A DNA stretch of 51,623 nucleotides from Patescibacteria group bacterium (GTDB lineage Bacteria; Patescibacteriota; Microgenomatia; Daviesbacterales; UBA10151), in NCBI GenBank assembly GCA_035289525.1, contig DATDWU010000046.1, positions 1-51,623 of the forward strand, in the 5' to 3' direction. Positions within the stretch are counted from its first letter, which is position 1. The number at the start of each line of letters is the position of its first letter. The notes under the pieces are model-generated. The model made no database searches. It had not been told where the DNA came from and worked only from the letters and a program-made list of their open reading frames with translations. Of this stretch, positions 9,612 to 18,617 are shown piece after piece. The translations under genes and the position numbers were made by a program.

Positions 9612-10694
9612 TCATTTTATGTAACCTTTTTGAATTAGTAATTCTGCTGTTAAAATCGAACCGCCTGCGGCACCTCTGATTGTATTATGTGAAAGTCCGA
9701 TAAATCTGTAGTCTAAGACATCATCTTCACTAAGTCTACCGGCAGCAATTCCCATGCCCTTACCTAATTTGCGGTCTAGGGCAGTTTGCGGCCTGTCTTC
9801 TTCTTCAAAATAGGTAATAAACGGATTCGGAGCTGATGGTAAATCTAATTCTGCCAGTGGATTAAAATTTTTCCAGGCTTCAATAATTTGCTCCTTTGTT
9901 GGTTTTCCCTCAAATTTAACAGCTATTGAAGCCATGTGTCCGTTAGAAACCGGCACACGGATGCAGGTAGCGGAAATTTGTATATTTGCTTCAAGATTTA
10001 TAGCTCCGTTTTTCAGTTTACCCCAAATCCTTAATGGTTCCCTCTCCGACTTTTCTTCTTCACCGGGGATAAGCGGGTTAACGTTATCGTTCATTTCCGG
10101 CCAGTTCCGTAAAGTCCTCCCGGCACCTGAAACGGCCTGAAGTGTGGTTACTATAACCTCGGTCGGCTTAAATTGCATTAGAGGAGTTAGCATCGGAACA
10201 TAAGATTGAATTGAGCAATTTGGCTTAACTACAATTAATCCTTTATCCCAACCACGTTTTTTTCTTTGAATATCTATTAATTCAAGATGGCCGGGATTTA
10301 TCTCAGGTAAAATCATCGGGATGTCTTCTGTCCAGCGGTGGGCTGAATTGTTGGAAACAACTGCAATCCCTTTTGAAGCATAAGCTTCTTCGATCCGGCG
10401 GATGGAATCCTTATCAACATCAATTGCACAAAAAACCAGTCTAACCTCCGGCACAATAGAATCAATGTCCTCCTCAACAGCAAAAAGTTTCATCTCCGAT
10501 ACGGATTCGGGAATCGGCTCCTCCATAACCCATCTGCCCTCAGCGGCTTCTTTGTATTTTTTTCCGGCTGAACGGGGAGACGCAGCTAAAGCTACAACCT
10601 CGAAATAAGGGTGGTTTTGTAAAAGCGTGATAAAGCGCTGGCCAACCATGCCTGTAGCTCCCAATATTCCAACTGGTATCTTTGTCGTGCCCAT
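9612..10694 (-). CDS. asd: aspartate-semialdehyde dehydrogenase
   Basis: GILGATGMVGQRF, NCSIQ active-site Cys, SGAG, RVPV..GH. Confidence 0.9.
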   Translation of the reverse strand: MGTTKIPVGILGATGMVGQRFITLLQNHPYFEVVALAASPRSAGKKYKEAAEGRWVMEEPIPESVSEMKLFAVEEDIDSIVPEVRLVFCAIDVDKDSIRRIEEAYASKGIAVVSNNSAHRWTEDIPMILPEINPGHLELIDIQRKKRGWDKGLIVVKPNCSIQSYVPMLTPLMQFKPTEVIVTTLQAVSGAGRTLRNWPEMNDNVNPLIPGEEEKSEREPLRIWGKLKNGAINLEANIQISATCIRVPVSNGHMASIAVKFEGKPTKEQIIEAWKNFNPLAELDLPSAPNPFITYFEEEDRPQTALDRKLGKGMGIAAGRLSEDDVLDYRFIGLSHNTIRGAAGGSILTAELLIQKGYIK

Positions 10695-10700
10695 GTTTAT

Positions 10701-11600
10701 TTAGATTAGTTTTAAGTTCTTGAGGACTTTTTTCAAAGCCTCCTCGCTTTTGGTCTCAAGGGGAACAAGCGGTAACCGTAGCCCGAGTTCAATTTTTCCC
10801 ATCAGAGATAAAGCAGTTTTGACCGGGATCGGGTTTGATTCAATAAAATTGATGTTCATCAAATCCCAAAGTTGGTAATGCAGGGTTTTTGCCTTGTCCC
10901 AGTCCCCGGCCAGGGCGGCATGAACCATTTCCGAAAATTGGGAGGGCACTTCGTTGCAAACAACAGAGATACATCCCTGGCCTCCGGCAGCAATTAAGGG
11001 TAAAGTAAAGGCGTCATCTCCGGATAAAACCGAAAAATCCTCCGGCCCTTCGGTTGCGGCCAGTTTTATTATCTCCATCATCTGAATGATTGAGCCGGAT
11101 GCCTCCTTAACAGCTTTTACCAATGGAACTTCCCTGGCAACCCTGATGATATTAGCCGGTGAGACATTTGATCCGGTCCGGCCGGGGACGTTATATATAA
11201 CAACTGGCAGGCCAATTTCATCGGCGATGGCTTTAAAATGGGCGACCAAACCGTTTGGGGTAGGTTTGTTATAAAAAGGAGTGACATGCAAAAGTGCATT
11301 AGCACCGGCTTTTTTAGCTATTTGGGAAAACCTGATGGCCTTATTGGTATCGTTTGATCCGGCTCCGGCAATTACCGGGATCCGGCCGTTGACTTGTTTA
11401 ACGACAGTTTCGATCACAGTTTGGTAATCATTCTCATCCATGGTTGCGGCCTCGCCGGTTGACCCGCAAGGGACAATAGCGTCAATCCCGCCTTGGATCT
11501 GAAACTCGACAAATTTTCTAAGTGCAGGCAAGTCAAGATCACCGTTTTTCTTAAACGGTGTAATTATTGCCGGTATTGAGCCAAAGAATTTTATTGACAT
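10701..11600 (-). CDS. dapA: 4-hydroxy-tetrahydrodipicolinate synthase
   Basis: GSIPAIITPF...GSTGE...TPFYNKP...YNVPGRTG. Start trimmed to the ATG at 11600. Confidence 0.9.
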   Translation of the reverse strand: MSIKFFGSIPAIITPFKKNGDLDLPALRKFVEFQIQGGIDAIVPCGSTGEAATMDENDYQTVIETVVKQVNGRIPVIAGAGSNDTNKAIRFSQIAKKAGANALLHVTPFYNKPTPNGLVAHFKAIADEIGLPVVIYNVPGRTGSNVSPANIIRVAREVPLVKAVKEASGSIIQMMEIIKLAATEGPEDFSVLSGDDAFTLPLIAAGGQGCISVVCNEVPSQFSEMVHAALAGDWDKAKTLHYQLWDLMNINFIESNPIPVKTALSLMGKIELGLRLPLVPLETKSEEALKKVLKNLKLI

Positions 11601-11736
11601 AAAATTAAGTTTTCCAAGATACAATGACCAAGTATTCCAAACAAATCATAAATTCAAAATCTCAAATATAAAAAACTTGATACTTATGGTTTGGTTTTTG
11701 TGATTATTTGTTACTTTTATCTTGTTTCTTGGTCAT

Positions 11737-12456
11737 TTATTTGATGATTTCATCAAAAGCGTATACCCCTTTCTTGTCTTGAATAAATTCCGCTGCCATA
11801 ACTGCTCCCTCGGCATAGCCCCGGCGGGAGTGATTCTGGTCCGAAAGAACAATCGAATCGGCCGCCGAATCAAAGACTACCTCATGCATTCCCGGGTTTC
11901 GACCACCCCTGATAGAGGCAAAATGCAGCTCTTCGGTTTCTATTTTACGGTCAAGCCTACCGGTTTGCAATTTCTTCTTTTTAGGGAAATTATCCAGAAT
12001 AGTTTGGGCGGTTTTAAAGGCAGTGCCGGAAGGGCTGTCTTTTTTGCCGCTGTGGTGGACCTCGTATCCGTAAACGTCATAGTTGCCATACTTGGCACAA
12101 AGCCTTGAGGCCGTCTCAACCAGCCGGAAAAAAATATTAGTGCCGATGGCGAAATTCTGTCCATAGATCAGGCCGGTTCCGGCTTCTTTAACCCAACTAT
12201 CGACCTTGTCTATATGCTCATACCAGCCGGAAGTGCCGACGACCATATTTTTACCAAGTTTTAAGACCCTTTGAATGTTCTCTAAGGCTGCTTCGGGTGA
12301 TGAAAAATCTATCACCACATCGGCATTTTTTATACCATCCTCATCAAAACCTCGGGAATCAGAACTGATTGAGGAAATTTGATGCTTGGTTCCTTCATTA
12401 ACTACTTTCTCAATTTCCTGACCCATATTCCCATAACCTATTAATGCAATCTTCAT
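11737..12456 (-). CDS. dapB: 4-hydroxy-tetrahydrodipicolinate reductase
   Basis: MKIALIGYGNMGQ Rossmann start and E.HH..K.DSPSGTA motif. Confidence 0.9.
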   Translation of the reverse strand: MKIALIGYGNMGQEIEKVVNEGTKHQISSISSDSRGFDEDGIKNADVVIDFSSPEAALENIQRVLKLGKNMVVGTSGWYEHIDKVDSWVKEAGTGLIYGQNFAIGTNIFFRLVETASRLCAKYGNYDVYGYEVHHSGKKDSPSGTAFKTAQTILDNFPKKKKLQTGRLDRKIETEELHFASIRGGRNPGMHEVVFDSAADSIVLSDQNHSRRGYAEGAVMAAEFIQDKKGVYAFDEIIK

Positions 12457-13856
12457 ATTTTAATTCCTCCTGCAAACAAGCCGTCAATTTTAACCGGTCT
12501 TATTCTGAGCGGTTGACCGGATAATATTTGAGCGTGAACCAGCCGGACGGCTTTTTTAACATCTTTTTCATCTACCACAAAACTAATATTAACATTTGAA
12601 GCGCCGAAAGAAATCATTCTGATAGAAATTTTATTCCGGTGAAAAAGCCCGGAAACCTCAGTAAGGACATGAGACGATTCTATAACATCCTCACCGATTA
12701 AGGAGATTGTTCCGACCCCCGAAGATTGAGTTACACCGGCAAACTTTTCCAGTTCGGCTATCGCTCTTGCAACCTTCGGGTTTTCATCTAAAGTAATTGA
12801 AACACTGACCTCGGAAACGGAAACCAAATCTACAGAGATTTCTTCCCTGGCGAAAATGTCAAAAATTCTGGCCAGATAGCCTTTGCTAAAAAGCATATCG
12901 GTTGAATGGATATTTATTAAAGTAGTTTTCAACTTCGAGGTAACTGCTTTAACTCCTTTTTTGCGGGTCGGTTCGTTTGTTATTAAGGTTCCCTTGCTTT
13001 TTGGATTGAATGTGTTTAAAACCCTGACCGGAATATTTCTCAAAATTGCCGGCCTGATTGTTCTAGGATGTAAAACTTTGGCCCCGAAAGTTGCTAACTC
13101 GGAAGCTTCCTTATAGGAAATCCGGTCAATCAATTTGGCGTCTTCAACAACTCTCGGGTCGGCGGTAAAAATGCCGTCAACATCTGTCCATATTTGGACT
13201 TCAAGTGCATTCAGACAATGGCCTAAGATGGAGGCGGTATAATCCGAGCCTCCTCTTCCCAGGGTGGTAGTTCTGTTATCCGGTGTTGAACCTAAAAACC
13301 CGGTTATTACCGGAACAATACCGTTATTAAGAAGTGGACCAATTATTTTTCTGACTTTTTTCCCGGTCGGTCCGGGGATAAAATCTGCCGATCCGAAAAT
13401 ATCATTCGTGATAATGCAGTCTGTAGATATAATCTGCCGGGATTTAATGTTCCGCTCATTTAAAGCTTCGGAAACTATAAAAGAGGATAAAGTTTCTCCA
13501 AGGGATACGATTTTATCCGAAAATTCCGGGGTGTTATTGCTTGATTCTAAGAGTGTCTCCAATTCACCGATTCTTTGGTTCAAATAACCGGCAGCTTTTG
13601 TCCGGTTTGCAGGTGCCAGGAGGCTCTCGATCAAAGACAAATGAATCCGGCGTATTTCTTCCTGGTGAGAGTTGAACTTGTGCTTTGGTAATTTTAGAAA
13701 AGCCAACAGTTTATCCGTAATTCCGCTTAATGCGGACACGACGATTACTACCGGATTTGTAGATTGCCCGGTGATTTCGGCTATGGTTTGGATTCCGTTT
13801 GCCGTAGCAACAGAAGTGCCACCAAATTTCATCACGACTGGTTCGTTAATACTCAT
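12453..13856 (-). CDS. lysC: aspartokinase with C-terminal ACT domains
   Basis: VMKFGGTSV, GRGGSDYTA, and two ACT-like repeats. 4-nt overlap with dapB. Confidence 0.9.
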   Translation of the reverse strand: MSINEPVVMKFGGTSVATANGIQTIAEITGQSTNPVVIVVSALSGITDKLLAFLKLPKHKFNSHQEEIRRIHLSLIESLLAPANRTKAAGYLNQRIGELETLLESSNNTPEFSDKIVSLGETLSSFIVSEALNERNIKSRQIISTDCIITNDIFGSADFIPGPTGKKVRKIIGPLLNNGIVPVITGFLGSTPDNRTTTLGRGGSDYTASILGHCLNALEVQIWTDVDGIFTADPRVVEDAKLIDRISYKEASELATFGAKVLHPRTIRPAILRNIPVRVLNTFNPKSKGTLITNEPTRKKGVKAVTSKLKTTLINIHSTDMLFSKGYLARIFDIFAREEISVDLVSVSEVSVSITLDENPKVARAIAELEKFAGVTQSSGVGTISLIGEDVIESSHVLTEVSGLFHRNKISIRMISFGASNVNISFVVDEKDVKKAVRLVHAQILSGQPLRIRPVKIDGLFAGGIKI

Positions 13857-13961
13857 AGCGGAATGATACAGTTTAAGTTACTAAGGGTCAAATAATTCCG
13901 GATTTTGTACGATTTAACTAATTCTTGTTAATCATTTAACAAAATAAAGCTTTTTTAGGGC

Positions 13962-14000
13962 AAAAAAAGAGCCAAAAACTTGTAATAGTCTATGGCTCTT
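13962..14000 (-). terminator. intrinsic terminator inside the lysC leader
   Basis: On the minus strand: AGAGCCA ... TGGCTCT stem followed by T7, about 105 nt upstream of the lysC ATG. Confidence 0.5.
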
Positions 14001-14260
14001 CTATCTATTTTTGTACCAATTACCTACGTCATTTTGAAAGGCACGTTACTCTCCCAATCCGAAACCGCAATTACACACGGCGTTAAGGTAAGGTTTGCAA
14101 TCCTTTGATAGACCCAGGATGACTCCGCTTGCTTTCCCAACCAATATCACTGGCATATTGATTTATGGTACCAACCGAACTGAAAATGAAATAGGGTTCT
14201 TCTGTCTCCCTTTTCTTCACTCTCCTAAAAACTTCGGAGCTGAATTAATATTACTCTTAT
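14001..14260 (-). promoter_or_regulatory. long structured leader upstream of the lysC operon (riboswitch/attenuator candidate)
   Basis: About 260 nt without a credible ORF. It has several GGAGAG/GGGAGAG boxes and local hairpins and ends in a terminator. I could not align the L-box core by eye. Confidence 0.3.
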
Positions 14261-14360
14261 ATGAGAATGGGTTGTCAAGACAGTAAATAATAAAAAGAAG
14301 CGGATTGCGGATGTTGGATGATTCTTTTCTTCGATATACTTAATGTAAATACAATCTTAA

Positions 14361-15053
14361 ATGACTTTGGAGATGATTTCCTATAATATTCAATATGGAA
14401 AAGCTTTGGACGATGTTGCAAAGTGGATTACCGGAAAAAACCCCGATATTTTTTGCCTACAAGAATTTCCGGAAGATGAGATAGGTAGATTTAAACCTGA
14501 CTACCAGCAGCTTTTTGTTTCATCATTTAATAAAGGCGGAAGAACATACGGAGAATTAATTGCTTACAAGAAGAGAATGAGGCTTGTTTCGGCTTTTGGT
14601 ATTGACTTAGGTGTCAAACGCCCCATACCACTTATCTCCTCATCCTCAGGTAGAAGAACTGCGCTGGTAGCAAGCCTTGAAACTCAGATTGGTAATATTA
14701 TTGTTGGGAATATCCACCTAGAGTGGCTGGCAAGGTCCAAATATAAGTTAAACCAGTTTGAGAGGGTCTTAGCGAGTGTTAACCAGGCTTACCCGGATTT
14801 AGAATTGCCAATAATTTTAGCAGGCGATTACAATTATTCTCATATATTTTCAGGTAGCGGTTTAAAAGAATATGCAGGTGAAGCAGGTTATAAACTAGCC
14901 GGTGAGTTGAATACCCACAGTTTTCTTGCTTTAGAACACCAGGTAGACCATGTATTTTATAGGGGGTGTTTGGTTAAGGACCTTAGGACTGAAGAAGTAG
15001 ATTATTCAGACCACAAGCCGTTATTATTTAAAGTCAGTCGAAGCGGCGGATGA
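14361..15053 (+). CDS. endonuclease/exonuclease/phosphatase (EEP) family protein
   Basis: SYNIQYG, FCLQEF, GDYNYS, DHVF, SDHKPL motifs. Confidence 0.8.
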   Translation: MTLEMISYNIQYGKALDDVAKWITGKNPDIFCLQEFPEDEIGRFKPDYQQLFVSSFNKGGRTYGELIAYKKRMRLVSAFGIDLGVKRPIPLISSSSGRRTALVASLETQIGNIIVGNIHLEWLARSKYKLNQFERVLASVNQAYPDLELPIILAGDYNYSHIFSGSGLKEYAGEAGYKLAGELNTHSFLALEHQVDHVFYRGCLVKDLRTEEVDYSDHKPLLFKVSRSGG

Positions 15054-15654
15054 CGCCAGAGCATTTGCCCTGGATTTGAACTTCACCAATATTGACATAA
15101 ATCGGGTCCATGGCCGAATTGGCCGGTTCGAGGCGGATTCTATCAGGCTCGCGGAAGAATTTCTTCAGGGTCGCGAGCCCGGAATCCAGTAAGGCAACCA
15201 CGATGTCTCCGTCTGACGCGTGGTTCTGCTCTTCGATAATGACATAATCTCCGTCAAGTATTCCCGATTCAATCATCGAATCGCCCTTAACCTGTAAAAC
15301 ATAGGATTTCTTTTTATCTGAGATCATCTGCGGTGAAACCGAGACGGTAGCTGTCGGGTCTGTATAAGGCATGATGGGTTGGCCGGCGGCAATATAACCT
15401 AAGAGTGGGATTTCGATAGTTCTTGGTTTAATATTAAACTCGTCTAAAAGTTCAATTCCCCGGACTGTACCTTCAAATTTGCGGATAGCACCTTTTTTGA
15501 CTAAAGCCATCAGATGCTCGTGAACGGTAGCAAGAGACGAGAGACCCATTGCTTCGGCAATTTCACCTAAAGTCGGTGAATAGCCGTATTTATCAATATA
15601 TTCCCTTAGAAAAATTAAAATATCTTTTTGTCTTTTGTAAAGTACCGCAGGCAT
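15034..15654 (-). CDS. lexA: LexA repressor
   Basis: N-terminal wHTH, AAG cleavage-site region (YIAAGQP), and S24 peptidase motifs GDSM and (K)F. Confidence 0.9.
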   Translation of the reverse strand: MPAVLYKRQKDILIFLREYIDKYGYSPTLGEIAEAMGLSSLATVHEHLMALVKKGAIRKFEGTVRGIELLDEFNIKPRTIEIPLLGYIAAGQPIMPYTDPTATVSVSPQMISDKKKSYVLQVKGDSMIESGILDGDYVIIEEQNHASDGDIVVALLDSGLATLKKFFREPDRIRLEPANSAMDPIYVNIGEVQIQGKCSGVIRRFD

Positions 15655-15660
15655 ACCGTA

Positions 15661-15717
15661 ACCTTACCAAACTATTACCGAATCTGTCAATCCGATCAAT
15701 CCCGATTGTATCGGGAT
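15661..15717 (-). promoter_or_regulatory. lexA promoter plus palindromic operator candidate
   Basis: On the minus strand: TTGACA, 18 nt, TAAGGT, then 6 nt to the ATG. Directly upstream is ATCCCGAT-N3-ATCGGGAT (15699-15717), flanked by GATTGATC direct repeats. Confidence 0.35.
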
Positions 15718-15790
15718 CAATCTATATCAAATTATACAAAACCGAAGAAATTGCATATGATTTTTTAATGAAGCTTAGCGAAGAGAGATT

Positions 15791-16600
15791 TTAAGGAAAA
15801 ACGTATTTTGTGGTTAAGCAGGAGGGAATTACCGCGAACAAGCCAAGCATCACTAAGGATATGAGGAAATACTTAAAGGCAGTTTTCTTTGATAAAGTTG
15901 TTTCAGCAGGTTGAGATTTTAGAGCCTTGGGTAGGATAGATAAAAGCAAAGGAATAGTAAGAACCTGGACAACAGAGAAAGTGCACCAGATTGAAGGAAT
16001 ATCAGTACAAAAATTCAAGCCCCAGCTTGAGTATCCCCAGAAAGAATAGATTGCGCTGAGGATGAATGAAACATCGGCAAATGCCAATAAACCCAGAAGC
16101 ACAGCCGTACCGGAGACATTTTTATCCAAGGCTTTTCTTTGGGTAAAAGCGCAAATATGAAAGTAAAAAAACATAATCAGCCAATACGCTCCCCAAAGGG
16201 CTATCGAGAAATGTTTTAAATAAAAACTATGAGCTTGAAATCCCATCGGTACAGAGAACATATGTAGCGCCAAGCCGATGAGGCCTATAATGAAATATTT
16301 AGCATGAAGATTCCGGTTGTATAATTTCTCCAGAGCAAATAAATAAAACAGCATTGCGGATATGGATATGAGTAGCCCTGTCTTGTAGACGATCTGGTTG
16401 TTTGTAACAAGCGATAAAAACTCAAATAGTTGATGTCCACCAATCAGCGCCGTGGCAATAAGGGAAGTAGTCAGGAAGGGGAGCAGCCATTTTTTGCCGG
16501 TCTTCTTATATTGCTCCGAGTAGCGAAGGTAGAAAAAAATCGTAGAAATAACGATAATACTTCCGGTAGTAAGCTGAACCTCTTTGCTATAACACATCAA
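15791..16600 (-). CDS. polytopic membrane protein, unknown function
   Basis: 269-aa ORF with about 8 hydrophobic helices. Confidence 0.55.
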   Translation of the reverse strand: MMCYSKEVQLTTGSIIVISTIFFYLRYSEQYKKTGKKWLLPFLTTSLIATALIGGHQLFEFLSLVTNNQIVYKTGLLISISAMLFYLFALEKLYNRNLHAKYFIIGLIGLALHMFSVPMGFQAHSFYLKHFSIALWGAYWLIMFFYFHICAFTQRKALDKNVSGTAVLLGLLAFADVSFILSAIYSFWGYSSWGLNFCTDIPSIWCTFSVVQVLTIPLLLSILPKALKSQPAETTLSKKTAFKYFLISLVMLGLFAVIPSCLTTKYVFP

Positions 16601-16679
16601 TTAATATTGACCTAAATATTAGTTATTTTCAATAGAATTCAGATATCAGGAAGTTATAATTACAAATTAGCCCTATAGT

Positions 16680-16708
16680 TTGATAATCACCAAAAAGTAA
16701 GATATAAT
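16680..16708 (+). promoter_or_regulatory. sigma70-like promoter, leaderless geometry
   Basis: TTGATA, 17 nt, TATAAT, then 6 nt to the ATG at 16715. Confidence 0.5.
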
Positions 16709-16714
16709 TATAGG

Positions 16715-17732
16715 ATGTTTGAAAGACAATCTGGACTTTTAGTGCCGGGAACAAATCTTCTTGACATGCGAGTTGTTGGCCAGACAGAGGCTTTAGATAT
16801 TTGGTATCAACAGTCTCAAGGTAATGTTTTTCCAGGTAGAAAATTGGTTGTAATTTTTGAGCCTGGAATGCGGCGCGGAGGTGTTACCACAGGTGCTCTA
16901 TCTGGACTTCTCACGGAGGGATTTAAGCCAAGTGGAGCACAGGCACTTGTCGGATCTTCGGTGGGAGGAACCATAGCCAGAGAGTATGCGGGGGAGAATC
17001 TTGATGCGTTAAAAGCATTATTTATTGATGATCGTCGTCCAAATCCAGATGGCCAAAGGATGATTTTCTTAGACAAAAAAAAGTCTGCCCTTAGTGGATT
17101 TCGTCGCAACTGAAAAATTGTTTAGAGAAGAAGGTGCGCCAGAAGAAGTAGTCAAGGCTGCAGCGCCTGATATTTATGTTGGACTTCGAAATATGGCGAC
17201 TGGTTTGAGTGAATTCGTAGATTTAAAAGGCGTACAGGATTCTGTTGACTTGGTCATATCATCCATGTCAGTACACTCTATAACTAAAAGAAGACGAAGG
17301 CGGGTTATCACAAAAGATGGCCGAAGAATAATGGGTGCGGATCCTCTAGATAGCCTTGGTAGGTTAGTTGAAGTTGCTCTTAATAAATTAAAAGCAACAG
17401 ATGTTGTGATTTTTTGTACTTCTAATCCTTTCGATTATGGAATATTTGATAATGCTTTTGATCATGCAGTTAACATTATCGAGTACGGACGAAATAGAAG
17501 ACACTTATTTAAAGCTCTTTATGAATTAAGATATGCTAATAAAAGTCCTGAGTATTTTACAGATCTCTTTTCCGGTTCAAGAGGAGTAAATATATTAGGT
17601 TTTTACCCGGGTCGAATGCCTATACGTCCAAACGAATTAGATCTTGACCTAATGTCAGCTGCCGTTAATGAAGCAGAATTGTTTGGTCGTCAAATAGGAG
17701 CAGAGACTCGTCTAAGATTAATGGCAGCTTAA
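16715..17732 (+). pseudogene. patatin-like hydrolase split by a frameshift at an A8 tract
   Basis: ORFs 16715-17113 and 17094-17732 join if A8 (17075-17082) is read as A7. The first part has PGMRRGG...GSSVGG (oxyanion-hole-like region plus a GxSxG elbow). Confidence 0.55.
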
Positions 17733-17780
17733 GGCCATTACTATTTGCCATTTAGCAATTTTCTGTTATTATTTGTTTTG

Positions 17781-18617
17781 ATGAATTATCAAATTGGAAT
17801 TATTGGGTACGGGATTGTGGGGCAGGCGGTGGAGTATGGATTTAAGGGTGAAGATATTCATATTTATGATAAATTCAAGAATTATTTAACTCTTCCTGAA
17901 GTTTGTAAGAAATCCGAATTCATATTTGTTGCGGTTCCCACTCCTATAATGGAGAATGAATCCGGTATTGATCTTTCGATAGTTGAACAGGTGGTGGGTG
18001 AGATTGCAAACGAGGTTGAGGGTACTGACAAAATAGTAGTCCTGAAATCAACAATCGTTCCGGGCACTACAGCGTCTTTTGAGAAAAAATATCCTAAGGT
18101 TAATTTTTGCTTTAATCCTGAATTTTTAACCGAGGCCAATTTTTTGGAAGATTTTGTAAAATCTGACAGATGCGTTGTTGGTGCCTCAAATGATTTAACC
18201 TCCAGAAGAGTGATTTCGCTTTATAAAAAACACTTCCCCCATATGCCGATGTTCCAAACCGATCCGACTACCGCCGAAATGGTGAAATATATGGCCAATT
18301 GTTATCTTGCCAGCAAAGTCATATTTGCCAATGAGATGTTTGATATCTGCGAAAAGTTAGGGATTAAGTACGAGGAGGTTAAAAAATTAGTCGTAGCCGA
18401 CCATAGGATTTTTGATTCGCACCTGGATATTACGACTGCACGCGGGTTCGGAGGTAAATGTTTTCCTAAAGATCTGTTGGCGCTTCGGGCTATGGCCCGC
18501 GAAAAAGGTGTTGATACCTCCTTTTTAGATACGGTTTGGAAAAAGAATTTGGCGATCCGCAAAGTTCATGATTGGGACGAAATCCCCGGAGCTGTCACTA
18601 AAATTAAGAAAAATTAG
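17781..18617 (+). CDS. nucleotide-sugar (UDP-glucose/GDP-mannose) dehydrogenase family protein, short form
   Basis: IGIIGYGIVGQAV Rossmann start and GFGGKCFPKDL catalytic-Cys motif. It ends before the usual C-terminal nucleotide-sugar binding domain. Start trimmed to the ATG at 17781. Confidence 0.7.
   Translation: MNYQIGIIGYGIVGQAVEYGFKGEDIHIYDKFKNYLTLPEVCKKSEFIFVAVPTPIMENESGIDLSIVEQVVGEIANEVEGTDKIVVLKSTIVPGTTASFEKKYPKVNFCFNPEFLTEANFLEDFVKSDRCVVGASNDLTSRRVISLYKKHFPHMPMFQTDPTTAEMVKYMANCYLASKVIFANEMFDICEKLGIKYEEVKKLVVADHRIFDSHLDITTARGFGGKCFPKDLLALRAMAREKGVDTSFLDTVWKKNLAIRKVHDWDEIPGAVTKIKKN

Noticed and set aside
14095-14286. 63-aa ORF in the lysC leader.
   Set aside because: It has no start context and lies in a region better explained as an untranslated leader or repeat DNA.
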